DNA from: Malacoraja senta
Lineage: Eukaryota
Assembly (NCBI GenBank): GCA_038087875.1
Contig: CM075988.1
Coordinates: 62,001-126,000 of the forward strand
Direction: 5' to 3'
DNA: 64,000 nt
Shown here: piece by piece, positions 11,081 through 22,649 of the stretch
Numbering within the stretch: position 1 is the stretch's first letter
Layout: each line of letters starts with the position of its first letter
Program-made: the position numbers and the translations under genes
The notes under the pieces: generated by a model
What the model saw: only the letters and a program-made list of their open reading frames with translations
What the model was told of the DNA's origin: nothing
The model's database searches: none

Positions 11081-11834
11081 AACCTACCACCTAGTCAACG
11101 TCAAGCTACGGCAAGCTGCCGACAACTGGCGACCCATTAAGACGTCCACCTACGACCACACCTATGACAACCTACGACCACACAAGCTACGACAAGCAAC
11201 GACCCTGTCGGTGACAACTGACAACAATTCAGTCGCCGGTACCTGTCGCCGGTTGACGTAGGTCGTCGCCAATGGAACTCACCGAAGTCAGCACCCGGCG
11301 AAAACCTACGTCACCTGGCGACAACCTACGCCAGCACCTACGTCAGGAGAAGTCGAGCTACGCTCATTGGTGTCAAGCCCACTGTCGCCGAAAATTTGTC
11401 AACACGATGAAAATCCAGCGGCGACCGGAAAGGCGCTACGACTCTTTGGGCGACTGAGGAGACGACTCACTACCATACAGGCGACACCCATGTGGCAACA
11501 GCGTAGTCGCCTGTAGTCGCCTAAAAAATAGCCTAAGTGGGACAGGCCCTTTAGCATCTCAACGCCGCAGCAATAAGAACATTGGTGAAGCAGCCTTTTT
11601 CAATGACGCCACCAACCTGTGGAATATCCCACTCAGGGCTACGAGAGACATCCACTCAGTTGACATTTGTAAACGGCAGCTAAAAACGTCTCTTTTAACT
11701 GATTTTACTCTGTATTTGACCTCAGTGGTTTTTTTTTTGTCGTTTCCCATTTTCACTTTTATATTTTAAATATTGATATAAATATGTGCCTTTTAGGCTA
11801 TTAGCAGCCTATGTCCTTACTGTTCAAGAATTAT

Positions 11835-12275
11835 GAGTCAAGAGAGTTTTATTGTCATGTGACCCAGATAGAACAATGAAATTCTTGCTTTGCTGCAGCA
11901 CAATAGAATATGTAAACATAGTACGCAACAGGAGATAAAAGTTCAATGTGTCTATAGACCATAGACCATATATATACACACAATAAATAAACAGATAGAG
12001 TGCAATAATAATAGGCTGTTAGTGTTCAGAGCTTGTTTGATGTCGTGTTTGATAGCCTGAGGGAAGAAGCTGTTCCTGAACCGTGATGTTCCAGATTTCA
12101 AGCTCCTGTACCTTCTTCCCGATGGCAACAGAGAGATGAGTGTGTGGCCAGGATGGTGTGGGTCTCTGATGATGTTGGCTGCCTTTTTGAGGCAGCGACT
12201 GTGATAGATCCCGTCGACGGTGGGGAGGTCAGATCCGGTGATGGACTGGGCAGTGGTCACAACTTTCTGCAGTCT
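11835..12275 (-). mobile_element. Rex1/Babar 3' fragment (family A)
   Basis: ORF 11952..12260(-) has [24 protein letters not shown]. Confidence 0.9.
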
Positions 12276-12394
12276 TTTAAATTTACTGTTTTAAATTGTA
12301 TTTTTTTGTTTAGTCCTGTGTTTTTGTGGAAAGCACTCGGGGTTGCATTTAATTGTATGAAAAGTGCTATACAAATAAAATTATTATTATTATT

Positions 12395-12705
12395 AATACA
12401 TGATTACAATTGAGCCATCCACAGTGTACAGATACATGATAAAAGGAATAACGTTTAGTGCGAGGTAAAGTCCAGTAAAGATAGTCCAAGGGTCACCAAT
12501 GAGGTAGATAGTAGTTCAGGACCGCTCTCTGGTTGTGGTAGGATGGTTCAGTTGCCTGATAACAGCCGGGAAGAAACTCCCTGAATCTGGAGGTGTGCAT
12601 TTTCACTCTTCTGTGCCTCTTGCCCGATGGGAGAGGGGGGAAGAGGGAGTGGCCGGGGTGCGACTGGTCCTTGATGATGCTGCTGGCCTTGCCGAGGCAG
12701 CGTGA
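12395..12705 (-). mobile_element. Rex1/Babar 3' fragment (family B)
   Basis: SRCLGKASSIIKDQSHPGHSLF..LPSGKR. Confidence 0.85.
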
Positions 12706-12919
12706 GGGGGTGGGGAGGGGTGGGTGAAGCTGGTTGTGGCTAGATTGTTGGTTGCTCCAGATTCCAGCATCTGCAGTCTCAGCATCAGAGATCTTGTGTC
12801 TCTGGTTCAGATGCAGTCTGCACAGGTCCATTGACTGGGCAATACTACCCTCTGCTGCCCAATGTCTGTGTGTGCAGGAATAGGACACACAAAGTGCAGG
12901 AGTAACTCAGCGGGTTAGC

Positions 12920-14050
12920 GTCATAGAGTCACAGGTAGAGTGTGGAAACAGGCCCTTCAGCCCAACTCGCCCATACTGGCCAACATGTCCCAGCTAAACT
13001 AGTCCCACCTGCCTGCGCTTGGTCCATATCCCTCCAAACCTGTCCTATCCATGTACCTGTCAAACTGTTTCTTTGACATTGGGATAATCCCGGCCTCAAC
13101 TACAATAGACAATAGACAATAGGTGCAGGAGTAGGCCATTCAGCCCTTCTAGCCAACACCACCATTCAATGTGATCATGGCTGATCATCCCCAATCAGTA
13201 CCCCGTTCCTGCCTTCTCCCCATATCCCCTGACCGCTATCTTTAAGAGTCCTATTTAGCTCTCTCTTGAAAGCATCCAGAGAACCTGCCTCCACCGCCCT
13301 CTGAGGCAGAGAATTCCACCGACTCACAACTCTCTGTGAGAAAAAGTGTTTCCTCGTCTCCGTTCTAAATGGCTTACTCCTTATTCTTAAACTGTGGCCC
13401 CTGGTTCTGGACTCCCCCAACACCGGGAACATGTTTCCTGCCTCTAGCGTGTCCAATCCTTTAATAATCTTATATGTTTCAATGAGATCCCCTCTCATCC
13501 TTCTCAACTCCAGAGTGTACAAGCCCAGCTGCTCCATTCTCTCAGCATATGACAGTCCCGCCATCCCGGGAATTAACCTTGTAAACCTACACTGCACTCC
13601 CTCAATAGCAAGAATGTCCTTCCTCAAATTAGGGGACCAAAACTGCACACAATACTCCAGGTGTGGTCTCACTAGGGCTCTGTACAACTGCAGAAGGACC
13701 TCTTTGCTCCTATATTCGATTCCTCTTGTTATAAAGGCCAACATGCCATTCGCTTTCTTCACTGCCTGCTGTACCTGCATGCTTACTTTCATAGACTAAT
13801 GTACCAGGACCCCCAGATCCTGTTGTACTTCCCCTTTTCCCAACTTGACGCCATTTAGATAGTAATCTGCCTTCCTGTTTTTGATACCAAAGTGGATAAC
13901 CTCACATTTATCCGCATTAAACTTCATCTGCCATGCATCTGCCCACTCACCCAACCTGTCCAAGTCACCCTGCATTCTCATAGCATCCTCCTCACAGTTC
14001 ACACTGCCACCCAGCTTTGTGTCATCTGCAAATTTGCTAATGTTACTTTG
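12920..14050 (-). mobile_element. CR1-B tail (12920-13103) adjacent to a ~950-bp CR1 fragment (13103-14050)
   Basis: ORFs 13175..13792(-) and 13796..14149(-) have [12 protein letters not shown]...[15 protein letters not shown]. Confidence 0.93.
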
Positions 14051-14204
14051 AATAGGGCTCTGGAAGATTGTGGAGTCAGGGGATATGGGGAGAAGGCAGG
14101 AACGGGGCACTGATTGTGGATGATCAGCCATGATCACATTGAATGGCATTGCTAGCTTGAAGGGCCGAATGGCCTACTCCTGCACCTATTGTCTATTGTC
14201 TATT

Positions 14205-14460
14205 GCCCTGTTCTCATCCAAATCATTGATGTAGACGACAAACAGTAACGGGCCCAGCACCGAAAACCCTGTGGCACACCACTAGTCACAGGCCTCCATT
14301 CTGAGAAGCAACCTTCCACCATCACCATTAGCTTCCTTCCATGGAGCCAATTTGCTATCCATTCAGCTATCTCTCCTTGGATCCCATGCGATTTAACCTC
14401 CCAGAGCAGCCTACCATGCGGCACCTTGTGGAATACCTCACTGAAATCCATGTAAATAAC
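14205..14460 (-). mobile_element. CR1 RT fragment
   Basis: YMDFSEVFHKVPHGRLL...VTSGVPQG. Confidence 0.88.
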
Positions 14461-14644
14461 CTCCTCACCTCTGGACCATGGCAGCACTTACACAGCAGGC
14501 TCCTGTTGTAGAATAGGGAGACAATAGGCAATAGGTGCAGGAGTAGGCCATTCGGCCCTTCAAGCCAGCACTACCATTCAATGTGATCATGGCTGATCAT
14601 CCCCAATCAGTACCCCGTTCCTGTCTTCTCCCCATATCCTCGGT

Positions 14645-14810
14645 AAAAGATCCCAGGCTCCGCGATGGTAAGCCCGCGCCACGCCCGCGGCTTGAAGCTC
14701 CGGGCCGGTCCCCAGGAAAGGCCGCACCATTCCAAGTTGTTGGCTGCAGGGGGTGGGGGGGGGGGGATGGAGATGCAACACGAAAAAAAATCGCAGCTCC
14801 ATCGAGGTAT
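14645..14810 (-). mobile_element. GC-rich retroposon fragment
   Basis: Hairpin A variant ggagatgcaa...tcgcagctcc. The flanking sequence is the reverse complement of 25270-25345. Confidence 0.6.
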
Positions 14811-14844
14811 ATCAGATAGAAGCACAGAGTCAATTTTAATTTTT

Positions 14845-15700
14845 TTTTTTTTTCAATTTAATTCAATTTATTTGTCTTTTGAGGGACAAATTTGTCATTT
14901 GGACCCCTTGAGGTCCAAACGAAATGTCGTTTCTGCAGCCATACAATACAAAACAAAGAAGACCCGAGACACAACACAATTTACACATACATCCATCACA
15001 ACGCTGTGATGGAAGGCAAAAATAACGTATCTCTCCACTGCACTCCCCCCCCCCGATGTCAGAGTCAAAGTCAAAGCCCCCGGCGGGCGATGGTAATTAT
15101 CCCGCGACCATTATAGCCTCGCCGGGTGATGCAAGGTCGCGCACCGGGTCTTGGTGTTAGAGCCCCGGCGCTCGCCCGCAAAGTCCGGCAGCCATTCCAA
15201 GCCGCACGGGGGGATAAAGCCCCGCTCCAGGTGCTCTTCAACCCCGCAACTCGGGCGGGAGAGTCGCCGCTGCGGAAGCCCCGAAAAGCGGTCTCCCACC
15301 AGGGGACCCGCGGGCTTCCAGTGTTGCCGTCCGCCAGACCCGCGGTTGTAACCTCCGAATCTCCGGCGGTCGGGTCGCAGCAGCGATTGTTTCCACCACA
15401 GCTCCACCCGCTCCGGACTCGGCCAGCCCCGTGACGGTGAGTAGTCCGCAGCTCCGCAACTGGAGCCCCAGGTCGTTCCTGCTGGAGGCCGCTCCACGTT
15501 GCCCAGCCCCAACGACAACGGAGACCCGACAAAGAAAAGGTCAGGTCTCCCGTGCAGGGGAAAGATTTCAAAGTTCTCCCCCCCCCACCCCCACCCCCAC
15601 CCCCCCCACACACATACCCCGACAAAAAAAATAATAAAAACTACATAAAACGAGACAAAAATAATAAAAAGACAGACGGACTGCAGAGGCCGCTGCTGAC
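14845..15700 (-). mobile_element. GC-rich non-coding retroposon, copy 2
   Basis: Hairpin A at 15520-15550 and hairpin B at 14992-15013. Leader agacagacggactgcag is shared with copy 1. Confidence 0.78.
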
Positions 15701-15888
15701 GAGAGTCAGGCAGCATCTGTGGAGAACTTGGATAGGTGACGATTTGGATTGAAACTTGAACGTCGCCTATTCCTTTTTTTCCACATATGCTGCCTGACCC
15801 ATTGAGTTACTCCAGCACTTTGTGTCTATCTCCGGTTTAAACCAGCATCTGCAATTCCTTCCTAAACTAAACTAAACTAAACTAGACA

Positions 15889-16225
15889 GACGGCACGGTG
15901 GCGCAGTGGGTAGAGCTGCTGCCTCACAGCGCCGGAGACCCGGGTTCCATCCCGACTACGGGTGCTGTCTGTACGGAGTTTGTAGGTTCTCCCCGTGACC
16001 TGCGTGGGTTTTCTCCGGGCGCTCCGGTTTCCTCCCGCACTCCAAACACGTGCAGGTTTGTTGGTTAATTGCCTTTGGTTGTCCCCAGTGTGTGTAGGAT
16101 AGTGTTAGTGTGTGGGGATCGCTTGTCGGGGTGGGCTCGGTGGGCTGAAGGGCTTGTTTGCGCACTGTACGTATCTCTAAACTAAACTAATCTAAACTAA
16201 ACTGAACTGCAGTGAAGTGAACTAA
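15889..16225 (+). mobile_element. Full-length V-SINE (HE1-type, tRNA-derived head)
   Basis: A-box TGGCGCAGTGG, B-box GGTTCCATCCC, V-domain, CR1-B-like tail and (taaac)n. Confidence 0.92.
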
Positions 16226-16255
16226 CCTAGACTGCGGAGATGGAAGCTTTATGTG

Positions 16256-16372
16256 CTTCCCCCGCCCCCCCATTGGCCACCAATATTGGAATTGGTGGAG
16301 AGGTGGAATATTGTGTTGGGGGACCAGCCCTCCCGTGTGATGCTGGGACCCAACGGGTCCCACTTAGTCTAG
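16256..16372 (+). mobile_element. Helitron 3' terminus, same family as 1021-2252
   Basis: Reverse complement of 1021-1130. Hairpin TGGGACCC-aac-GGGTCCCA at 16344-16362, then CTAG (16369-16372) and T. Confidence 0.85.
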
Positions 16373-16509
16373 TGTATTGTTATGTGTGTGTACCCTTGTA
16401 TGCAGCACATTAGTATCTGCACTGATGTAAAGCACTTTGGTCAACGTGAGTTGTTTTTAAATGTGCGATACAAATAAAATTGACTGACTGAATGACTTTG
16501 AATACAGCT

Positions 16510-17180
16510 TAAAAATCCTCGGAGTCAATATCACCAACTACTTCTCCTGGACCACCCATATTGAAGCAACGACCAAGAAAGCACACCTATTTCCTTAGAA
16601 GGCTAAGGAAGTTCAACATGTCCCCGACAACTCTCACCAACTTCTACAGATGCGCCGCAGGAAGCATTTTATCGAGGTGCATCACAGCACGGTTTGGGAA
16701 CAGCTCCATCCAAGACCGCAAGAAATTGCAGCGAATTGTGGACGCAGCCCAGACCATCACACAAACCAACCTCCCTTCCATTGACTCCATCTACACCTCA
16801 CGCTGCCTCGGCAAGGCCAGCAGCATCATCAAGGACCAGTCTCACCCCGGCCACTCCCTCTTCTCCCCTCTCCCATCAGGCAAGATGTACAGAAGTGTGA
16901 AAGCGCACACCTCCAGATTCAGGTGCAGTTTCTTCCCGGCTGTTATCAGGCAACTGAACCATCCTCTCACCAACTAGAGAGCGGTCCTGAACTCCCATCT
17001 ACCTCATTGGAGACTGTCAGACTATCTTTGAATGGACTTTACTGGACTTTACCTTGTACTAAACGTTATTCCCTTTATCGTGTATCTGTACAGTCTGTAC
17101 GCAATGTGTACACAGCGGAACATTTATGTACGCAACAAAACCTTTTCACTGTAGCTCGATGCACATGACAATAAACTAAG
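16510..17180 (+). mobile_element. Rex1/Babar 3' fragment (family B)
   Basis: ORF 16561..16977 has YFLRRLRKFNMS...NFYRC...HPGHSLFSPLPSG. Tail tttcactgta...tgacaataaa. Confidence 0.92.
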
Positions 17181-17875
17181 TTCACATTTATTGCCCCATG
17201 CACCAGTTAAGGTACGGTGGAATTTGATTTACCATGCAGCCATACAAACAAAAAGAGCACAATATACAATAGAATATAACATGAACATCCACCACAGTGG
17301 AACCAACATTCTTCACTGTGGTAGAAGGCAACAAAGTTCAATTAGTCCTCCTCCTTTGTTCCCCCGTGGTCGGGGCCATGAACCCTCCGTAGTCGCCGCT
17401 ACGGACGGCCCGATGTACAGGGCCTCTCGTCGGGATTCTCGAAACTCCGACGTCGGGACAGACGGACACCCCGCGGCTTGGAGGTCCCGAATCGGCTGCT
17501 TCCTTCCGGAGAACGCGGCTTCACGATGTTATAGGCCGCAGGCCGGCGGTCGGAGCTCTTCTCCGGCGATCCCCGGCAAGGGCTCGCCCGGCACCGAGAT
17601 GGAAAGTCCGCACTGCGCCTGCTGCTGAAGCTCTGGGCCCGACTCCGGGAAAGGCCCCACCAATCCAAGCTGTTAGGCCGCGAGGGAGGGGAAAATACAA
17701 CTAAGGGAAAAGTCGCATTCCACCGAGGTAAGTGACTAAAAAACAGTTTCCCCCAATTCCCGCCCCCAACCCCCCCCCACACTAAAACACACTTTTAGAC
17801 AGACTAAAAACACAAAAAAAAGTGGAATGGATGAACAGCTGCTGGCGTGGCTGCCGGCTCGCGGCTCCACCCGTC
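17180..17875 (-). mobile_element. GC-rich non-coding retroposon, copy 3
   Basis: Hairpin B at 17288-17325. The core is homologous (reverse complement) to 25480-25710. Confidence 0.78.
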
Positions 17876-18000
17876 ACGATTGTTCAGTGACAATCCTACT
17901 GTACATTAGGAACAATCATTACCACGTATACTAGTGTAAGACGTTAGACCACATGAGTCCATACACAAGAGTCGCCACGTTCAAGATACTATCTTGTACC

Positions 18001-18125
18001 ATCCATGTTCTCCACAGATGCTGCCTGACCCGCTGAGTTACTCCAGCACTCTGTGAAACGTCACCTATCCATGTTCTCCACAGATGCTGCCTGACCCGCT
18101 GAGTTACTCCAGCACTCTGTGTCAT
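18001..18125 (+). repeat. 66-bp tandem repeat (about 2 units) derived from a Penelope tail
   Basis: atccatgttctccacagatgctgcctgacccgctgagttactccagcactctgtg starts at 18001 and again at 18067. Confidence 0.9.
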
Positions 18126-18859
18126 CTTGTATCCTTCTGGTCTGAATCTTAAAAATAATGCCACATTCTTATCTTGGCCATAAAGGCCTGTTGTCGTGGT
18201 GACGACCCTGGGTGGGAGTTGCAGGGGTCGGCCTGGCCTGGCGATGTTTTTCGGTGACCCCCACCGCTGCTCCGCAGCACCGTGCCGCTGCTGGCCGCGT
18301 CCAATCCACGCGCTCGGCCTGTTGGAGCAGCGCTCGATCTACTGGAGCCCCAGGCTGCTGCTGGGCCTCCAGCGGCCCACTCCACCCGCCGCCAGACTTG
18401 CATTCCTCCTAACGATGATCGTGATGGAGAGGATTCCAGCATCTTCTCCGCGTTGCAGACAAGGTCAGAGAGTGATACAGCTTGGGTTGCCAACTTTCTC
18501 ACTCCCAAATAAGGGACGAAAGGTCAAAATACGGCACAAATTCCCCACGGCAATTCGTTGACCGACTCGGCCGTGGCTGGGTGAATGATGAGTTGGCCAG
18601 GGTGCTATATATTGATAATAATACCAGCCTCAACTACCTCCTCTGGCATCTCGTTCCATACACCCAACACCGTGTGAGTGAAAAAGTCGTCCCTCGGGTT
18701 TCGATTAAATCTTTCCCCTCTCTCCTTAAACCTATCTCCTCTAATTCTTGCTTCCCACACTCTGGGTCAATTCACCCGATCTATTCCTCTCATGATTTTG
18801 GACACCTCTGTAAGATCGCCCCTCATCCTCCTGCGCTCCAAGGAATAAAGTCCTAGCCT

Positions 18860-19580
18860 GTTGGGAAGTACAACAGGATCTGGGGGTCCTTGTTCATCAG
18901 TCAATGAAAGTAAGCATGCAGGTACAGCAGGCAGTGAAGAAAGCCTTTATAACAAGAGGAGTTGAGTATAGGAGCAAAGAGGTCCTTCTGCAGTTGTACA
19001 GGGCCCTAGTGAGACCACACCTGGAGTATTGTGTACAGTTTTGGTCCCCTAATTTGAGGAAGGACATTCTTGCTATTGAGGGAGTGCAGCGTAGGTTTAC
19101 AAGGTTAATTCCCAGGATGGCGGGACTGTCAAATGCTGAGAGAATGGAGCAGCTGAGCTTGTACACTCTGGAGTTTAGAAGGATGAGAGGGTATCTCATT
19201 GAAATATATAAGATTGTTAAGGGCTTCGACACACTAGAGGCAGGAAACATGTTCCCGATGTTGGGGGGAGTCCAGAACCAGGAGCCACAGCTTAAGAATA
19301 AGGAGTAAGCCATTTAGAACGGAGACGAGGAAACCTTTTCTCACAGAGAGTGGTGAGTGTGGAATTCTCTGCCTCAGAGGGCGGTGGAGGCAGGTTCTCT
19401 GAATGCTTTCAAGAGAGAGCTAGATAGGGCTCTTAAAAATAGCGGTCAGGGGACATGGGGAGAAGGCAGGAACGGGGTACTGATTGGGGATGATCAGCCA
19501 TGATCACATTGAATGGCGGTGCTGGCTCGAAGGGCCAAATGGCCTACTCCTGCACCTATTGTCTACTGTCTATTGTCTGT
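18860..19580 (+). mobile_element. CR1 LINE 3' fragment
   Basis: ORF 18904..19308 followed by the CR1 tail. Confidence 0.93.
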
Positions 19581-19909
19581 TGTCTGCCCAACCTCTCTCC
19601 CTGTAGCTCAGGCCCTCGAGTCCTGGGAACATCCTCGTAAACTGCGCAGCGGTAGAGTTACTGCCTGACTGTGCCAAAGTGCCTTGACTACGGGTGCTGT
19701 CTGTACGGAGTTTGCATGTTCTCCCCATGAGCTGCCTGGGTTGTCTCCGGGTGCTCCGGTTTCCTCCCACACTCCAAGAGACGGTTGTAATTGTAAATTG
19801 TCCCTAGTGTGTGTGTGTGTGGGGGATAGTGCTTGTGTGTCGGGATCGCTGGTCACAGAAACAGAGGAGATATGGACGGTGATGTAGAGAGATGTAGAAC
19901 AAATAACAA

Positions 19910-20412
19910 TAGACAATAGATAATAGAAAATAGGTGCAGGAGTAGGCCATTCGGCCCTTCGAGCCTGCACTGCCATTCAATATGATCATGGCTGATCATC
20001 CAACTCAGTATCCTGTACCTGCCTTCTCTCCATACCCCCTGATCCCTTTAGCCACAAGGGACACACCTAACTTAAATATAGCCAATGAACTGGCCTCAAC
20101 TACCTGCTGTGGCAAAGAATTCCACAGATTCACCACTCTCTGTGTGAAAAATGTTTTCCTCATCTCGGTCCGAAAAGACTTCCCCCTTATCCTTAAACTG
20201 TGACCCCTTGTTCTGGACTTCCCCAACATCGGGAACAATCTTCCTGCATCTAGCCTGTCCAACCCCTTAAGAATTTTGTAAGTTTCTATAAGATCCCCTC
20301 TCAATCTTCTAAATTCTAGCGAGTACAAGCCGAGTCTATCCAGTCTTTCTTCATATGAAAGTCCTGCCATCCCAGGAATCAGTCTGGTGAACCTTCTCTG
20401 TACGCCCTCTAT
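19910..20412 (-). mobile_element. CR1 LINE 3' fragment
   Basis: ORF 20005..20370(-). Confidence 0.93.
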
Positions 20413-21214
20413 GGTCGGCGTGGACTCGGTGGGCTGAAGGGCCTGTTTCCACGCTGTGTCTCCAAAACTAAACTAAGCCAAACGTCGGCGGAAGAACCAC
20501 CTCCGCAAACATGAAAGGGTGCGACTTAATGCGAGTGGAGATCTTTACGAGTGGTTGGAATGTCAGCTGGAGGGAAGGTCAGACTCTGGTGGGATTCCTG
20601 AGTTAAATGGACTGTAAGTGCGGACAAATTGAGAAGTTAAACCTCCCCCTAATTACAGGCCGCTCCCCTCATTCATGTCCATGGAAACATTAGCGGTGGT
20701 GGTCCCATTAGCGGGGTGATAGCGGGAGGTTGGAATGCTTGAGGCCGAGGGGGGGGGAGATGGGACTGAGATAAGATGGGTAATGGTTGCGTATACATGA
20801 GCGTGGTCGGTGAGTGCATGCCTTATCCACTCCATCAGCTGCAGGTTTCAAAACGCCTCCGAGAAAACATTCAGCTCCATAATCACCAGGGCACATTGCT
20901 CAGTCCGATATTAATCCACCCACTACCTTAGCTTGGGGGGGGGTGGTGGTAGCAGGTGAGGCGGGGCAGGGTGGGGGGGGGGGGAGAGGGGGGAGGATCA
21001 ACAGTTTAATGGTCCTTTATTGTCACGTGTCCACTGTTTAGTTTAGATTAGCTTAGGTTAAACAGAGAAACAGAGATAATAGGTGCAGGAGGAGGCCATT
21101 CGGCCCTTCGAGCCAGCACCGCCATTCATTGTGATCATGGCTGATCTTCCCCAATCAATAACCCGTGCCTGCCTTCTCCCCATATCCCTTGATTCCACTA
21201 GCCCCTAGAGCTCT

Positions 21215-21970
21215 CTGCCTGATAACAGCTGGGAAGAAACTGTCCTTGAATCTGGAGGTGTGCGTTTTCACACTTCTCTACCTCTTGCCCGATGGGAGAG
21301 GGGAGAAGAGGGAGTGGCCAGGGTGAGACTGGTCCTTGATGATGCTGCTGGCCTTGCCGAGGCAGCGTGAGGTGTAGATGGAGTCAATGGAAGGGAGGTT
21401 GGTTTGTGTGATGGGGACTGGTTTGTCCGAAAGAGAGGTGAACAGGATAAAGTGTGCCACAGGTGGACACAGGTGAGGTGGGTTTCAATAGACAGAGGGT
21501 GGCAGCAGGTATCACACTTGCCTGGACCACCCATATTGAAGCAACGACCAAGAAAGCATACCTACTTCCTTAGAAGGCTAAGGAAGTTCAACATGTCCCC
21601 TACAACTCTCACCAACTTCTACAGATGCGCCGCAGGAAGCATTTTATCGGGATGCATCACAGCACGGTTTGGGAACAGCTCCATCCAGGACCGCAAGAAA
21701 TTGCAGCGAATTGTGGACGCAGCACAGACCATCACACAAACCGACCTCCCTTCCATTGACTCCATCTACACCTCACGCTGCCTCGGCAAGGCCAGCAGCA
21801 TCATCAAGGACCAGTCTCAACCCGGCCACTCTCTCTTCTCCCCTCTCCCATTGGGCAAGAGGTACAGAAGTTTGAAAACACACATCTCCAGATTCAGGGA
21901 CAGTTTCTTCCCAGCTGTTATCAGGCAACTGAACCATCCTACCACCAACTAGAGAGTGGTCCTGAACTCC
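21215..21970. mobile_element. Two Rex1/Babar family B fragments in inverted orientation (21215-21415 minus; 21520-21970 plus)
   Basis: ORFs 21278..21460(-) and 21404..21952(+) share SIDSIYTSRCLGKASSIIKDQS. Confidence 0.9.
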
Positions 21971-22183
21971 CATTTGCCCACTCACCCAACCTATCCAAGT
22001 CACCTTGCAGCCTCCTAGCATCCTCCTCACAGCTAACACTGCCCCCCAGCTTCGTGTCATCCGCAAACTTGGAGATGTTGCATTCAATTCCCTCGTCCAA
22101 ATCATTAATATATATTGTAAATAGCTGGGGTCCCAGCACTGAGCCTTGCGGTACCCCACTAGTCACTGCCTGCCATTCTGAAA
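21970..22183 (-). mobile_element. CR1 RT fragment
   Basis: [29 protein letters not shown]...KFADDTKL. Confidence 0.93.
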
Positions 22184-22185
22184 AT

Positions 22186-22590
22186 TGTAGTTGGGTTGGG
22201 GGGAGTTCCCCCCCCACCACGGGTACCATGTAATCCCGTGCTACCTGCTCCATGGTCAGATAGTCGACGACTAAACCGTCTCCCCCACCCTGGTTTGCCA
22301 GGTGAGGGGGGGGCTGTGGATCCCCAGCAGGACCAAAAACAAGACCTGTCAAAGGGCAGATGAGCTTCTAGCGAGCCGACGGCCATCCACACTTCAGTAG
22401 AAGTTGCGATCACTGTCGTACATGGCATTGTAGGGAACGATGATAAATCACACACACACCAAAATCCTAGACTTCCAGCGACGGAAGTCCGCAGGAACTG
22501 GAGGACAGAGATGTGTGGTGCGTCTGTCACCGTTCCCGTCGGAAACCAGCACCACGGCGTCGCTAATGTTTTCAAACGATGATGAATGAA
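22186..22590 (+). mobile_element. Putative short non-autonomous retroposon (RTE-like?)
   Basis: About 400 bp, non-coding, with local hairpins and a gatgatgaatgaa end. Single copy in the window. Confidence 0.35.
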
Positions 22591-22649
22591 GCATTGTCGC
22601 GCACCAGTTCCAGAGACGGAGTCCAATGTCGGTGTACATGGGGGAGGAG

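Larger units (their letters stand above)
9542..11550. mobile_element. PIF/Harbinger-type MITE family 1, containing nested insertions
   Basis: Termini tgggcctgtcctgcttaggcta / tagcctaagtgggacaggccct with TTA on both flanks. The L2 host is continuous across it. Confidence 0.85.
7500..11760 (+). mobile_element. Old L2 LINE in three pieces (~7500-7643, 9226-9541, 11551-11760)
   Basis: Collinear L2 ORF2 motifs: HINKVTK..FYHLRNIAKVRPFL / LIHAFISSRLDYCNA...RALRSSDAGLL / IGEAAFFNDATNLWN. Confidence 0.8.

Noticed and set aside
15071..15716. Long overlapping ORFs in the GC-rich elements (also 17191-17782 and 54374-55018)
   Set aside because: Stop codons are rare because of the GC content, and no frame or peptide is conserved between copies.
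15889..15960. Possible tRNA gene (A and B boxes)
   Set aside because: It continues directly into the V-domain and LINE tail, so it is a SINE head; the same applies at ~38888.
18481..18605. Complete hAT MITE starting (t)gggttgccaac
   Set aside because: Only one convincing terminus and no TSD; at most a remnant.
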